From Eledone cirrhosa (taxonomy: Eukaryota), in NCBI GenBank assembly GCA_964016885.1, contig OZ024742.1, positions 83,390,001 through 83,454,000 of the forward strand: a DNA stretch of 64,000 nucleotides. Reading direction: 5' to 3'. Below the pieces are notes generated by a model, which made no database searches, was not told the origin of the DNA, and worked only from the letters and a program-made list of their open reading frames with translations. Below, one piece after another: positions 27,590-42,049 of this stretch. The position numbers and the translations under genes are program-made. The stretch's first letter is position 1. Every line of letters begins with the position of its first letter.

Positions 27590-28630
27590 TTAATGTCTAC
27601 GCTTTGGCAGACCTAGAGCTTTAAGTGAAGAAGAATATGTTACTTCCTTGAGAATTTTCAATGATTCTTCAATATTTTCTAAAATTTCAACTCGTTCAAC
27701 CCGCATGTCGAGCCGTTGAAAGAACCTAAGTTTACTTTCAGTATCAAGTGAGCGAACATTTATTCGTTTCATAAATATTACATTATGCCCTCTATGCTTT
27801 GCCTGAACGTAAAATGTTCCTTTACAAAATGAGTGATCGGATAATCAACATGTATGGAAAGAGCGAGTATGACGAATGCCACGTTGATGATATTTTTTGT
27901 TAAAACAAAGGCCATCAAATGCCATTCTTTTGGACCATGGATGTATCCAAGTGGTTTGGAACATGTTTTGTTTTGATAAAAAGGCCAAGTTTATTACGAA
28001 AAGAGAAAAAGCGACGCACATTGCTATCCATGCTATTCTTGTTACTAGTGCCACGAGAACCAAGAACATTTAGTCAGGACTCATAATCTGACAAAACTCT
28101 GCATAGCAACTGATTACGGTTAGGGTAGTAGTATCAGCAAGTTTGAGTTTCAATACTATCAACCGATCACTCACCTCCTGTGTTAAAGAAATCAATATAT
28201 TTGCTATGTTAGTTCTAATAGCAAATCCAACAAAACAAAGAGCCTGTTGCATCTTCTTTTTACTATGACAGAATTAGTGTGCAGCCCTCCCCTTACTCCC
28301 CAAGCTGTCCATAATCTGTTTTCTTTCCTAATAAGTCTGCGCTATTCTGAAGGGTTCGAATTTTCCAAGAACCAAAGTTATTAGGATTTTTTTATGTCTT
28401 TATCTGTGTCAGTGTTTCGCCTACATAGTGAACCACAGTAAAATGACAAGTCTTTAGAGGCATGCAATTTTTATGGCTTTTTCTCTAAGCAAACCTGCTT
28501 TGTTACCCAGCATAGGGTACGAGCAGCACAATTGTCCAAAGGATTTGTGCTGAACGGTTATCTCTACAGAGTACCAATGAAGCACTATCAGTGGTATCCG
28601 TTACCTGTCCCGGTTGCTTGGACAATGACG
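27590..28630 (-). pseudogene. RTE-like LINE AP-endonuclease region, decayed
   Basis: VGFAI...VSDRLIVLKL...TVISCYA; TTWIHPWSK. Confidence 0.7.
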
Positions 28631-28796
28631 TCTACCAATCCTCAAAATCCCCACCTTCCCCAACTACCAGAAACCACAAGTACCACCGTATTACTATGAT
28701 AGTTGGCTTTCCTGGTACTAATGTATTGAGTACATTACTTACTGTGGCTACCCCCGATTGAACCCAGAACTCACACACACACACACACACACACAC

Positions 28797-28892
<96 letters not shown>

Positions 28893-28949
28893 GACGTAAA
28901 ATAAGAACATTTTAAAAATTTAAAATTAACTTACTTACTAAAATTTTCG

Positions 28950-29029
28950 CTCCAACTAATTAGTTTCTGTAAGGGAGTAAATATAGTTACGTAACGCAAC
29001 TATAGAGAAGTCCTTACGTCATCAGGGAG
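28950..29029 (-). ncRNA. Hammerhead ribozyme, intact core, extended stem II
   Basis: Reverse complement of 30035-30114. Confidence 0.82.
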
Positions 29030-30034
29030 TCTATTCTCAGCTAAGTTCCCAGGCAATGCGCAGACACTAGGAACCCATATGAAAATAATAATTCAGTGGA
29101 TGGAATAAAGCTAGCGGGGACTAAATTCCAGGGCACTGAAAAATTCACTGCCTACTTGGTCAGTGGCAAATTCTAAAGAATCTATCACGTCACACTGAGG
29201 TTAATCAGTGAGGAGTGTGGGGGTATTATGACAAGAGCCTAACTACTACCATGAACCATAGCAGTAAATTTTGGCAAGTTTTGCTCAACAAATAATTTGG
29301 AGATAAATATAGAGAATTAGTATATCTACCAACATATGTATACAGATGTATACCCATGCTAACAAATATATATGTTATGTCTTAGTACCTTTGTGGTTCT
29401 ATGCAGGGGGATGCAGAACAAATATATGAAAGACGTAAAATAAGAAAATTTTAAAAATTAAAAATTAACTTACTTACTAAAATTTTCACTCCAACTAATT
29501 AGTTTCTGTAAGGGAGTAAATATAGTTGCGTTACGTAACTATATTTACTCCCTTACAGAAACTAATTAGTTGGAGTGAAAATTTTAGTAAGTAAGTTAAT
29601 TTTAAAATTTTAAAATTTTCTTATTTTACGTCTTTCATATAATTCTTCTTCATCCCCCTGCATAGAACCACAAAGGTACTAAGACATAACATATATATTT
29701 GCTAGCATGGGTATACATCTGTATACATATGTTGGTAGATATACTAATTCTCTATATTTATCTCCAAATTATTTGTTGAGCAAAACTTGCCAAAATTTAC
29801 TGCTATGGTTCATGATAGTAGTTAGGCTCTTGTCATAATACCCCCACACTCCTCACTGATTAACCTCAGTGTGACGTGATAGATTCTTTAGAATTTGCCA
29901 CTGACCAAGTAGGCAGTGAATTTTTCAGTGCCCTGGAATTTAGTCCCCGCTAGCTTTATTCCATCCACTGAATTATTATTTTCATATGGGTTCCTAGTGT
30001 CTGCGCATTGCCTGGGAACTTAGCTGAGAATAGA

Positions 30035-30114
30035 CTCCCTGATGACGTAAGGACTTCTCTATAGTTGCGTTACGTAACTATATTTACTCCCTTACAGAAA
30101 CTAATTAGTTGGAG
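30035..30114 (+). ncRNA. Hammerhead ribozyme, intact core, extended stem II
   Basis: ctcc CTGATGA c-gtaagg...tatagttgcg-tta-cgtaactata...ccttac-a GAAA ctaattag TT ggag. Confidence 0.82.
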
Positions 30115-30287
30115 CGAAAATTTTAGTAAGTAAGTTAATTTTTAATTTTTAAAATTTTCTTATTTTACGCCTTTCATATAATTGTTCTGCATCCCCCTGC
30201 ATAGAACCACAAAGGTACTAAGACATAACATATATATTTGCTAGCATGGGTATACATCTGTATACATATGTTGGTAGATATACTAAT

Positions 30288-30343
<56 letters not shown>

Positions 30344-31366
30344 GGGGGGGTGCATGTGACAGAAAATTCATTGACACGTACTATAGCAATATATGTGTTG
30401 AATAACTATTAAATTTAAAGCAAGAATGTGTATATAGTTATGATGATGCCCAGAGGCGGAACAATTGTTACTGAGCTAGAAGTAAATGAATTACCAATTA
30501 AAGAACTTAATTCCTCTTTTTTATGTATAATTAATAGGTATAGAAAAGCTGGTGAAAATGGATACTGATAGTTTTAGGTGACGTACGTCAGTTGAGATGT
30601 TGGGACTGTATTCCACTTGTATAGAATCATGCAGAGAGACGATAAAAAAATCGAAATAAATAAATTATTACACAATATTAAAAATAAAACAATGAAAGCT
30701 TTTATATATTTCTGTGGGTCATTGTATACGTCATGTATAAAACAAAGCCTGATTAACAAAGACCCACTTCCTTTTTTTCTCTACAGTTGCTGCTGAAATA
30801 TTATTTGCTCCTTTGAAATATGGTGTTATCTATATTGCGTTTTACACCTAAGACTCCGCACTAATAACGTTTCAAAGCTTTCTATACCAAACGACATCAT
30901 CCTGTAACTTTCTTCCGTGTTATTAACAGGAGTCAACATATAAACGTTCAAGATGAAAATGAAGCGATCTATCCAATCACAATGAACATGTGAATAGCCC
31001 AAATCCCTTCCTTTAATTAAGTAAAAAAGAGATTAATGTATCATTCCTGCCAAGATCAAATTTTACAGGGTTGATAAATAAAGCACCAATAATGCAGTGG
31101 GGTCGATTTAATCAACGTAACCCTCACTCCAACATTGTTGGCCTTGTGCCTAAATGAGAGAGTATTATGTTGCTAGTTTCAGTGATTAGATCACGGGCGT
31201 GCTGGAGCAGCGCCCTATTTTAGTAGATTATATTACACTAAACATATATGCACAAATCTATTACTTATTTTATCGATCTCATTTTTGTCGAACCGACAAG
31301 TTACAAGAGTGTAACAGTGGTGAAGACACAAACATAATCAAAGATGCGGTCAGACGGGAGGACACT

Positions 31367-31400
<34 letters not shown>

Positions 31401-32421
31401 CATATATATTATATTATATTATATTATATTGATACATGGACTTTAAGGTGGTTGAAAGTCAGTTGAGTATTCCCACTTTTCAAACAAATATTGTTCGAGG
31501 AAGACAAACCTTGTAACGTCCTAAATGTCTCATTCAGACAAAGATAACATTTCTTGGTACCGTTGCTGTAAGAACATGATCTTTGAAGTCCATTCAAAGA
31601 GATCTTATGACGGACTCCTTTCTCCTTTAATTACCGGGCTGTATCTAGATTCTTGAAGGAGTGGAGATTCTTGAAGGAGTGGAGATGCGCGTAAAACCCT
31701 TGCTTAAAACGATATTGCACCATATATACGATGGGTTCTGGAGTTTCCATCTGTCAAATGCCGCTCACAAGTTATTCGTCATCCCGTATATATAGGGTGC
31801 CATACAACGCGATTAAATGCAGAATCGCATATTTATGTGTGATTAGAGATATATTTGTATTTGATGAAACATATTCAAGTATATACTCATGAATAATTCA
31901 AACGTCTTTGTATAGATGGTATAAATTTTACCATCCATTCCACTGGAGATTATAAATATCCCTCAGTAGTGTAGTGGGGTCAAAACAATTTCAGTTTATT
32001 ATGCCCAAAACATTTCCCCTGCTATGTTTGGCTAAATGCCTAGTGAAAAGAAATCATTATTTGTGTGGAGAATGGGAAATGAAGATTGAAAACGAGAACA
32101 ATTTTGTGGATAGTTGCCAAATAGTTGTATTGTGAAGAACTCCAAACAAAACTATATCAAAGAAATTGATTTCAAATTGGGCAACAGATCATCTAATTTG
32201 GGATATAAGTCACGGACTCTCATGAATAAAATAAAATTAAATCATCTATAACTTTTAGGTTTTTATTACCGTACTTGCTTCTCTAAGCTAAACCAATTGT
32301 TTCAAGAAAATGTCACATTTCATTTCTATTTACTTCAAGATATTTCCTTTATTCTAAGGGCATAGACATAACGTCAACAGACATAGATTATTTCATTTTC
32401 TAAGAAAGTTACCTCGGATAC

Positions 32422-32532
<111 letters not shown>

Positions 32533-32636
32533 GGGTGCATGTGTTTGTGTGTTGTTTACTTTAAATAATTGACGAGAGTTTCTCTCAATGTCTTGCCGAA
32601 ATCTCGATGTCAGTGTTCGGTGACACATCATATTGC

Positions 32637-32722
<86 letters not shown>

Positions 32723-33159
32723 GGGCGGTTGAACTGCGGGGCAAGGGAGTCATGTCGCCCTCCCACCTCCTCAATAATTATATGTTTCTCCCAAAATTAC
32801 CAAAACACATCCATTTGTATATGCGCTACAATCTATCTACATGTTATGTTTATTGTATATTGAAGTTTATCGCATATCGCATGTCTTGGTTGTTATTTGA
32901 TAATATATTATGTTAACCTTCATAGTAAATATTTTTGTCATGTCATAACTTTTTCTCCACATTTCACTATTTTCCAATTGTTAGTATGTGTATTCAGAGA
33001 CAGATTCCATGGGTCGTTTTGCTATAATACCTTTATAATTATAATACATTTATAATTATTGAAAGCTGTAAATGTAATATGGTCTGCTTGGGCTCAAATT
33101 ACATTTTCTGGCCATTTTAGAATGCAAAGATCTAAACTAATCACTAGTTAGACCAATTG

Positions 33160-33585
33160 ATAAACAGGGAGACACAAAGCAGGCTTTGTTTACAAACGGC
33201 TAGAGAATTTGAAAATTAGATAATAACATGTGCTTACGCTGTATTTGACTACATAGAATTAGTTTGTTATTCTGCTTTGTGTTTCCTTATTTATATACAT
33301 ATATATATACCTGCTATGGTTACATAGCTTCTGGTTGAATGGAAGGAGACATGGGCGGCCTGTTGGTGTAATGTTAGCACATTGGTGCGGCAAACCAGTC
33401 ATATGGGTTTGTGTCCCATTTACGTCAATAGTCATCCTTTTTTTCGATTCAGAGTGTTTTTAAAATCCCAACTAACAGACTAATTCTATGTAGTCAAATA
33501 CGGTGTGAGCACATGTTACTACCTAATTTTCAAATTCGCTAGCAGTTTGTAAACAAAGTCTGTTTTGTGTCTCCTTATTTATATA
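33160..33585 (+). mobile_element. Family B tRNA-head SINE-like element preceded by an inverted copy of its 3' end
   Basis: A-box-like tggtgtaatgttagc and B-box-like gggtttgtgtccc (gggttcgtgtccc in the 26408 copy); inverted repeat 33160-33270/33470-33582. Confidence 0.65.
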
Positions 33586-34849
33586 TATACTGTATATATT
33601 TATATATTTCAATGAGGTAACATGTGTTTATGGCAGCATATGGACCGAATTCCCGAAGATCATGTAAATCATTAATACAGTGAACCATTCTTCAAATATC
33701 GTCTTTTACCTCATTTCTATTTAACCATAAACATTTTATAACGAAGCATAGGTCGACATATTTATTGTCTGTCAAACATAAGAGTGGACGCTACAGATTA
33801 TCGACTGTTTGCAACGATTCATTGTTAGTGTATAGCTGTAAGTTTAAGTGTTGTTAGTGTATGTGTGTGTGTTTGCTCATCAATGTGAGCATGAGTGTAT
33901 GTTTATTTTAAAATCTCATTATGTGTAGTAAGCATGAATATATATATGTATGTATTGCGTATTTCTATGCTTCTACTTCACCACAGTCGTTATGAACATC
34001 ACAGCTACCAATATCACCATCACTACCACTAGTTTGATCAGCATTGCACACATCTATTGAGAGATTTACGAGCTAAAGGCCAAAAGTGACAAATTACATT
34101 TTCGCCTACTAATAATTCTCCTACTACTCTCCGTAGTGCTAAGATACTTACGAAACTTCTAAGTACTGACTTCGCGTCTTTCTTGCAAATTGTTCTTTCT
34201 ATTGTGTTTACTGTCTATTTAATCCATAACACATTTCATGTCCATCCATCGCACTGAACATTCCTCCCCCACTCCCCAGCAATTTATACTGAGGAACTTT
34301 TATTACCGAGTGAAGAGGAGGTGACACTGACTAATTAAATGATTCACAATAGGTAGTTTCGTCTTTCTAATTTTAGTTCAAATCCCAGTGTAGTAAACTC
34401 AGTATATTGACCTCAATTCAGATTTCCTTAGTCCGTCTCGTGTAAAAAGAAAACAAATAAATTGAACTGATGTCAGTGTAAAGAAGCCAATTCTGACATT
34501 CATATAATGATATTATGTTTACATTGGTCTTTCTATTACTGATGTTATATGTCGGTTGCAACACACAGAACATACAGATAAAGAAATAAATAACACAGGA
34601 TTTAATCAGAAGGTCTATCGCCTCAGCAAATATAACATTTTGTTACTCCAACACAACAGCATGTAGACGTTATCAGCTACATAACCCAAGATATTAACCC
34701 CCGAGAAAACATTGTGACAAAAGCTATATTATAGTTCCCATTTCAATAGCTTTCAGAAAGATATAACAATAAACTGAAGAAAACAGTAACTTTCGAAGTC
34801 AAAATTATAATGGTGCATTAGGTAGGTTTCTGAGTTAGACACGAAGCCA

Positions 34850-35030
34850 ATAATTTGGTGGGAAGGGAAAATCGATTAAATTGACCCCGGTGAATTACTG
34901 TTACTTTATTTTATCGACCTCGTAAGGATGAAAGGCAAAGCTAACGTCGGTAGGATTTGAACTCAGAACGAAAATACCGTAACTCTATGCCACAAAGCAT
35001 GTTGTCCGACGATCTACCAAACCACCGTTG
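34850..35030 (-). mobile_element. SINE (octopus-type family)
   Basis: Same core as 17695-17835. Confidence 0.8.
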
Positions 35031-35729
35031 AAGTAAATATATAAAATTACAAATTCGTAGATATACAAAGTTTACATTTTTAAGTAATTCTAAAGTGTGC
35101 GCGCGCGTATGTGTGTACAAAATACACTGATGATCCTCTTGACATGCACTTGCCAAGCAATTTTAGTTGTAGAATGCAGTTGCCTTATTTCGCTTGGTCT
35201 TTGATAACACTATCTACTTGACTATAACCAATTTTGAAAGTAATTGAAATAGAAAGGTAATACAGACGAAATTACTCCAGTAGTTTACTAGAATAATAAT
35301 TATCGAAACCAAAGCGAGAAAATGTTAGTCCAATAACATATATAATTGTAAAAAGCAGCCCTAAACCCAACGTTGTATATATTTCATAGTCATTCTACAG
35401 AATGTGTAAAACATCAAGCAAAGTATAAAATAAAAACTGCTTTAAATATTTGCCTGGATTTCTGTAGTTTACCTAGGTAAAATATTTATTTAGTACTAGG
35501 CCTTGATGTTTCATGAAATCTGCAATTACCTTCCAATTCTATACAACACCTGAATTTCATGCAATATCGGTAACGGTAATATAAATAATTTATATTAAGT
35601 GTGTGAGCGTTTCATATATATTTATATATTTAGGATTGTAACATCCATTTACTGTAGGTTCACGAGAGTGAGCATTCGATGCGTAGTTTCCAGTAGGTAT
35701 ATTAGTGTTGTACTAAGCAGAGTGTAAAA

Positions 35730-35870
35730 CTAATAATTGTTTCTGCCTTTGGCACAAGGCCAGCAATTATTCCAGTGCATTACTGGTGCTTTATTTTATT
35801 GAGCCCGTAAGGATGAAAGGCAAAGTTAACCTCGGCGATTTGGGACTCAGATTGTAAAGGGCCGTAAATA
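35730..35870 (-). mobile_element. SINE (octopus-type family)
   Basis: Same core and tail as 17695-17835. Confidence 0.8.
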
Positions 35871-36293
35871 ATAATAAAAACGACGATTCCAGACTCTGTG
35901 TGCCTGACTGTCGTACACGACGCAAAGAGCTTTGTTGTGGTAACCTGTCTTGCTAGAAATGACAGCGAAATTAAATCTTAACTTCTACCACACACACACA
36001 AATTGAGTTGTATTTGTTTATATATTACACTTTCTGTCGCTATGTATTCCTATCTATCTATCTATCTATCTATCTCTGGGATGGACACACGCGTATAACT
36101 TGCTGAGTAAGTTCTGTTTAAATTTCTATAGAAATTCTTGTCTGTTAACTTTAATTTTTGTACCATTTTGTAGAGGGACTGCCAGGTCAAACTTTGATCT
36201 GGTCAGTCTCTCAAAATATTCTACGCCTTTAGGCGAAATAGTTAAACCAAAAAAAAAAGTTTTTTCTTGTTGAAAAGTCAATATTTTTTTTAA

Positions 36294-37610
36294 ATGGCCG
36301 AAGCTTCTTCACCAAAATTCGAAGGAGGAAAGGGGAAGATAAACTTACAGCTTCCCCCTGCCATTGTCACAGTAGCAGAGGTCAAGAAGAAAGGTCAGCC
36401 AGAGGAAGAATTTTCTCCACCTGTTAACCGACAACTTGACGTCGCCATGGCAACAACCCAAAGAACCAGCGGCACCAGCAACAGCAACAACAACAACAAT
36501 GCGACGGACGAAAACAACACCAATAACAATAACAACAACAACAAGACCAATAACGGTGACAACAACAACAATGATAACAACAACACCACCAACGACAACA
36601 ACAACACAAACAAACAAAATTTCTCCTTCGCCGAGACAACAAGGAAAACCCTCGACTATCTGCCAGTAGATATAACCAAAGCGAAGGAGCTACTGGCAGA
36701 TGCGAAAAAATATATAGTGTACGGAGAAAATGGTTCATTCACAATCCATTCCCCACCGGAACTAAAAAGCCAGAGACTCCTAAACACGGTCATGTTTAGG
36801 ACAATCTCGAACAAAAGTAAAAAGCCAGCTCAACCATCACAGAGTGAGATAGAGCTGGTTTTAAAAGACGTCATGAAGGACATCACCTTCATTCAGAAGA
36901 CTCTCTACGGGAGTCTATCCATTCTCATGAAGGACAGGGACACAGCAGTGAAACTGTCCATCAAACCAATCACATCCACCGCATACACCTTCTACCCTAC
37001 GTACATGGGTAGAAGAACACAAAAAATAAAAATCCACACCATCCTGCCGATTATGGACATATGGTGGGTTTTGACAGGTTTCCTGGACCTGGAGGATGAC
37101 ATGCTGGTGTCCATGGGAAAGGCATCGGGTGACGCGTTCAGTGGAACGAGCCTCGAACTTGTAGTTCAAATGAGGCCCGAAAGGATCGCCCAGATCCCTG
37201 AACGCGTCATACTGGATGATCTATCCTTCATCAACATTACCGTTGAGGGTAGACGGCCCTCGTGTTACCTCTGCGGAACCAGAGGTCACCTGAGGGCTGT
37301 CTGTCCCCAACTTAATAAGAAAACCCCAATCCTGCCTACACCACCAACAACTGCACAACCAACACAATCACCACAACTACCACTACAAAAACAACCACCA
37401 CAGCTCAAACCAAAACAAAACAATGTCCAACCCATCCCCTCCACTCAAAAAACAAAAACAATTTCCAAAACACCCGCACCGCAAACACAACCCGAAAATA
37501 TACCCCTCCCCTCCAACGCGGAGATGACCCTAGTTCGTCGTCAGACGAGGAGGAGCACTTCCACACAATCAAAAGAAAAAAAAGAAAACACACCTCAGAC
37601 ACACAAATGA
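36294..37610 (+). CDS. LINE ORF1 protein with CCHC zinc knuckle (probably prematurely terminated)
   Basis: VEGRRPSCYLCGTRGHLRAVCP; Asn-rich and Pro/Gln/Thr-rich tracts. Confidence 0.8.
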   Translation: MAEASSPKFEGGKGKINLQLPPAIVTVAEVKKKGQPEEEFSPPVNRQLDVAMATTQRTSGTSNSNNNNNATDENNTNNNNNNNKTNNGDNNNNDNNNTTNDNNNTNKQNFSFAETTRKTLDYLPVDITKAKELLADAKKYIVYGENGSFTIHSPPELKSQRLLNTVMFRTISNKSKKPAQPSQSEIELVLKDVMKDITFIQKTLYGSLSILMKDRDTAVKLSIKPITSTAYTFYPTYMGRRTQKIKIHTILPIMDIWWVLTGFLDLEDDMLVSMGKASGDAFSGTSLELVVQMRPERIAQIPERVILDDLSFINITVEGRRPSCYLCGTRGHLRAVCPQLNKKTPILPTPPTTAQPTQSPQLPLQKQPPQLKPKQNNVQPIPSTQKTKTISKTPAPQTQPENIPLPSNAEMTLVRRQTRRSTSTQSKEKKENTPQTHK

Positions 37611-38107
37611 AAACAACCCCTCCCCAAAACATGACACTGACACCAACACAAAAGAGCTCACAACAACAGCAAATAAAAAACACCACACAAAAATAAAAAC
37701 ATGCATACACATACATAAACACAAGAAACAAAAACTGTTAAACATTGTGTACAACAACAATCTAATAAAAACACAAGGGCCTAACTTCACCCAGGCAGGG
37801 GATTTCCCCCACCTCAAAATGATTAAGGCCCCACAGGACACCTATAAAACTTTAATAAACAATTTTAAAGAGGACGTGGATCCCCCCTGCGTCGGGCCCA
37901 TTAACCCCGTCCTCCTAAAAAAACTACCCCACCCCCTCCACAAACACCCACACAACTACAAGCTCCCCAACCACACAACACACTGATGCCCCTACACTTC
38001 CACAAACAACCACCCCAGCCAACAACCCATCCCCCACCCTAATGGAAATTGTGCAGCCCGATACCCGGGACGCAGAGAGGTAAGTGCCTTTTCTCTTCAC
38101 CACCAAC

Positions 38108-41100
38108 ATGGCTATGCTAAGAGTAGGCTGTTTAAATGCGCGTGGCCTGGGCTCAACTTGGAAGCAAGCAATGCTTCTAAATGACCTCAGGTCACAACGT
38201 ATAGATGTGATGGTTATTTGCGAGGCCCGGATCAGAAACGTGCGACAGCTGGCCCCCACCTTTGATGACTTTGAGATGCACGCATCTCTCTGTCAGCCCG
38301 GAGGTGGGGGTGGAGGAGTTGTCGTTCTGCTGCAAAAACATCTGGGTCTCGCAACACAGATGGTACATTTGGACCCAGAGGGTCGACTAGTGGTTCTGAA
38401 CCTTGGCAGTGGTAAAGGCGGAGCGTTTAGGTTGGTAGCCGCCTACGGCCCTTTCGGGTCAATGCGGCCGGACTTCTTCCATCGTCTGGAGACTTTTCTA
38501 GGGACGTCCCGCTCCTTGCTATTAGTGGGGGACTGGAATGGGATCCTAGATGCACGCTGGGACTACGTAGGGGCCTGCCCCGATAGAGAGGGGTGTAATA
38601 GCCTCAAAGGGTTAATCGGTCGATTTGACCTGGCCGATAGATATCGACTAGATTTTCCGACTGCGCCAACCTGGACTTGGGCAAATCGTAGCGGATCATC
38701 TAGGTCGTACCTAGATAGGTTCTTAGTTAGAATTAAGGATAAGGACTTTTTAAGTTGTCCAAAAATGCGCATGGTTGGCTATTCAGACCACAAATTAGTG
38801 ACCTGCATGGTCAACCTTGACAGAACTCATAGACAGGGACCCGGTTACTGGAAGCTCAACTTGTCCTTACCGGCAAGTAAGGCTTACAGGAACCGGATTA
38901 GCACTTTAGTTAAGGAGCGGTTGACGGGCGCCATCGTCAACAGCAGGTGGTGGGGATCTCTCAAAAGAGAGATTAGAGTAGTCTCTATAGAATTTAGTAA
39001 GGAGTTAGCCTCAAATAGAAATAGGAAGGAAAGGGAGTTGGTAGATAGTGTAGAAGAGGCAATTAGAAGCGGCGACGTGGCCAGAGTGCTAGAGTCGAGA
39101 ACGGCCCTGGGCCAGTTCTTCGACGCGAAACACGAAGGCTGCATCGTCCGAAGCAAAATACGTGCTCTGGGAAACGAGGGGACCAAAGCTGTTAGCTGGG
39201 CCCGCGTGACAAGCCAAAAGAGGGAGCAGAACCACTATCCGGTCTTTGCGAGACCAGGATGGACGGGTGATCCTTGAACCTAAGCAGATGTGGGAGGCTT
39301 TTCAAAAGCACTTTGCCGGATTGTTCGGAAGGGGCGGGGGGCCGGTTGGGGACGTGGACTTCGGTCCATACCTCGACGGCCTGCCGCGTCTCTCGGACAG
39401 GGAGGCGAAGTCCTGCGAGGAGCCGATTTCAGCCGCTGAGATAGAGGACGTGCTGAGCCAATGCGGCAAACGCAAATCCCCGATTCTCGATGGTCTTCCA
39501 TACGAACTATATCTAGCTATGCCGGACTTGTTCCCCGAACTCCTCGAGGCGGTCTACTGCAACTGGCAACAGAACGGGAGAATTCCCTGTGCTGTGACCA
39601 AGGGCGTAGTCACGCTAGTGAGGAAGGACGAGAACAAGGGGGACGATATAAATAATTTCAGGCCCATAACTCTGCTAAATACAGAGTTACAGATTTTGGC
39701 CAAGGTGCTAGCAAAGAGGTTGGCGCTTGTCGTGGGCAACCTGGTGGGAGATGCGCAGACATGTGCTATCCCGTCCAGGTCCATCCACGATAACCTCCAC
39801 CTCATGCGATACATCATAGAGAGGGTTGGGAACGAACCCGGCTTTGGTGGGGCCCTGATCAACTTGGATCAATCTAAGGCATTCGATAGGGTCGACCATG
39901 GTTACCTGGATGCGGTGCTAGCGGCGGCAGGCTTCGGACCCGTTTTCAGGGGCTGGATCAATGCCATGCACAGCAGCCGCATCTGCTCTAGGGTCAAGGT
40001 GAACGGCTACCTCTCGGAGCCGTTCGAAATCGCGCGGTCCATCCGACAGGGGTGCCCTCTCTCCTCCCTTCTGTATGTAATGACTCTAGAGCCACTGATG
40101 CGGAAGTTGGAGTTGTTGCAGGGCATCCCGTTGGAACCGGGATTGCGGAAAGCGGTGTCAGCCTACGCCGATGACGCAACAGTAATGGTGTCGACGGCCT
40201 CGGAAATCAGGGCGATCGGCACCTTACTGGAGGAGTACGAAAGGTTTACAGGGGCTAAGCTGAACAGGGGCTAAGTCGATCGGTCTGCAACTCGGCACGT
40301 GGAGGGGCAGATCGATGCCCTCCGACGGCGTCGTCGGGCGCTGGACGGAGGGCCCGGTGAAGTTGCTCGGGGTCTGGTTCGGACCAGACCTCCAGGTGGA
40401 GAAGAACTGGGGTGAGGTGACGAACAGGGTGTTTGCACTGACCCAGAAGTGGGCCGAGTGCAAACTGTCCCTGAAAGGACGGGCGGAGGTGGCGAACACT
40501 TATATAGCGTCCGTCATCTACTACCGCCTGACCGTTGTGCCTTGCCCAAGGGAAACGCTCGCCAAAATGGAGCGCGCACTCTTCCAATTCCTTTGGAAGA
40601 AGCGGGCTCCTATGGTGAGGAGATCCATCTGCTGTCAACACCCTTCTAAAGGAGGGCTGGGGATGCCGTGGCTAATGATACGTAAACACGCATTAAGGCT
40701 ACGGCACCTTCAGGTATTCCTCTCCGGTCAACCGGTGTGGGCCCCGTTTGTGAGGCGAGCCTTTCCCAGACTCGTCTCACTCACCGAGCTGCAATCCTGG
40801 GTCAAGCAAAGACCGAGAAAACTGGGCGCCTGGCACACCGAGTGTGCCCAGGCACTCACGGCTCTCTGGCAGGCGGACCCGGCTGTCAGTGGAGAATCCA
40901 CCTCGTCATTCTATAGAGGGCTGGTGGTTAGCAGGTGCGACGACGCCCTCGGAGAAGCCCTAGGCATGGAGGAAGACGAACTGGCCAACCTATTCGGTAG
41001 GACATTCAGCCCGGGACCCATGGATAACTTCCAGAGGTCCCTGGCCTGGCAATGCTACAGAAGGGCTCTGCCCGTTCTAGAAAGGCTCTACAGACACGGG

Positions 41101-41546
41101 CGCCCGGGTAGGGACCCATCGAAAAAGATCTGTCCCAGATGCGTGTGCGACGAGGAAACCGTTGCACACGCATTGGTACACTGCTCGGGCATTGCCGATC
41201 TGTGGGGTTATGTCGAACAACTGCTGTCAAGGGTGGGACCATCCGGTTGACCACCGAGTCTATTGTAACGATCAAGCCGCCTCCCCTCTTCAAAAACGAA
41301 GGAGAGGCGGTGTTTCTGTGCGTAATAGCCATGGCGAAAGAGGTTGTATGGTGGACGCGTCTGAAAGGACTGAGGTCAGACACCTTTCTCTCTGGCCAAC
41401 AACTGGTCCGTTTCTTCCGATATCATTTCGGAAGAAGGATCAGGATGGAGAGTGAGGTGCTGCACCCCAGCCGTTTCTATGAAAGATGGGTGAAAGTGGC
41501 GAGTATGGCCCGTGTGAATGGGCCTTCACTCTACATCAGACTATAG
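38108..41546 (+). pseudogene. Tx1 ORF2 (APE endonuclease + RT + C-terminal Cys motif), disrupted
   Basis: LNARG, GDWN, SYLDR, YSDH, DQSKAFD, IRQGCPLS, YADD, CPRC...HALVHC over four ORF pieces. Confidence 0.92.
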
Positions 41547-42006
41547 GTGAGGAAGATGAAAGACCAAGGGAGCACCCCTTCTCTGTGCTCCTGAGGAGAA
41601 GGGTTGCACACTTTTTTCGGGGGGGTGTGCGACCCCCCAAGGCGCCTCCTCTCTATTGAGGACTTTGTTATAAATTTTATTTTTTGTTATATTTTATTTT
41701 ATTTTTATATATTGTTATTGCCTCCTCCTTATTGAGGACGCCTTGTTTTGTAAACTCCCCCCATTGTACTTGTCCCACTTTTGATGCCCTGGTGGCAAAT
41801 AAAAGAAACATATCTATCTATCTATCAACGTTGTGGTAACTGGCTTTGCTAGAAATGAAAGCGAAACAAAACAATAGCTTCTACAACACAGACACATCTT
41901 GATTTGTACTTATCTATATTTTACTCTTCCTGTCTCTATGTATCCCTATCTATCTATCACCAAGTACAGCAAGCATTCCCCAATGGAGAATCAACTGGAT
42001 TGTCTA

Positions 42007-42046
<40 letters not shown>

Positions 42047-42049
<3 letters not shown>

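Larger units (their letters stand above)
28884..30292. mobile_element. ~1.3-kb palindrome built from tandem 539-bp HHR-containing monomers (retrozyme-like)
   Basis: Arms ~28884-29530 and 29534-30180 are nearly perfectly complementary; period 539 (29521 vs 30060); flanks are (TA)n and (CT)n(TA)n. Confidence 0.92.
36077..41810 (+). mobile_element. Full-length Tx1-type (L1 group) LINE inserted in (TATC)n
   Basis: 5' UTR, ORF1, APE-RT ORF2, 3' UTR with AATAAA; (TATC)n at both junctions. Confidence 0.9.

Noticed and set aside
30435-30473. ATGATGA tgcc-caga-ggc GGAA caattg TT
   Set aside because: Two core defects; probably a decayed HHR but unsupported alone
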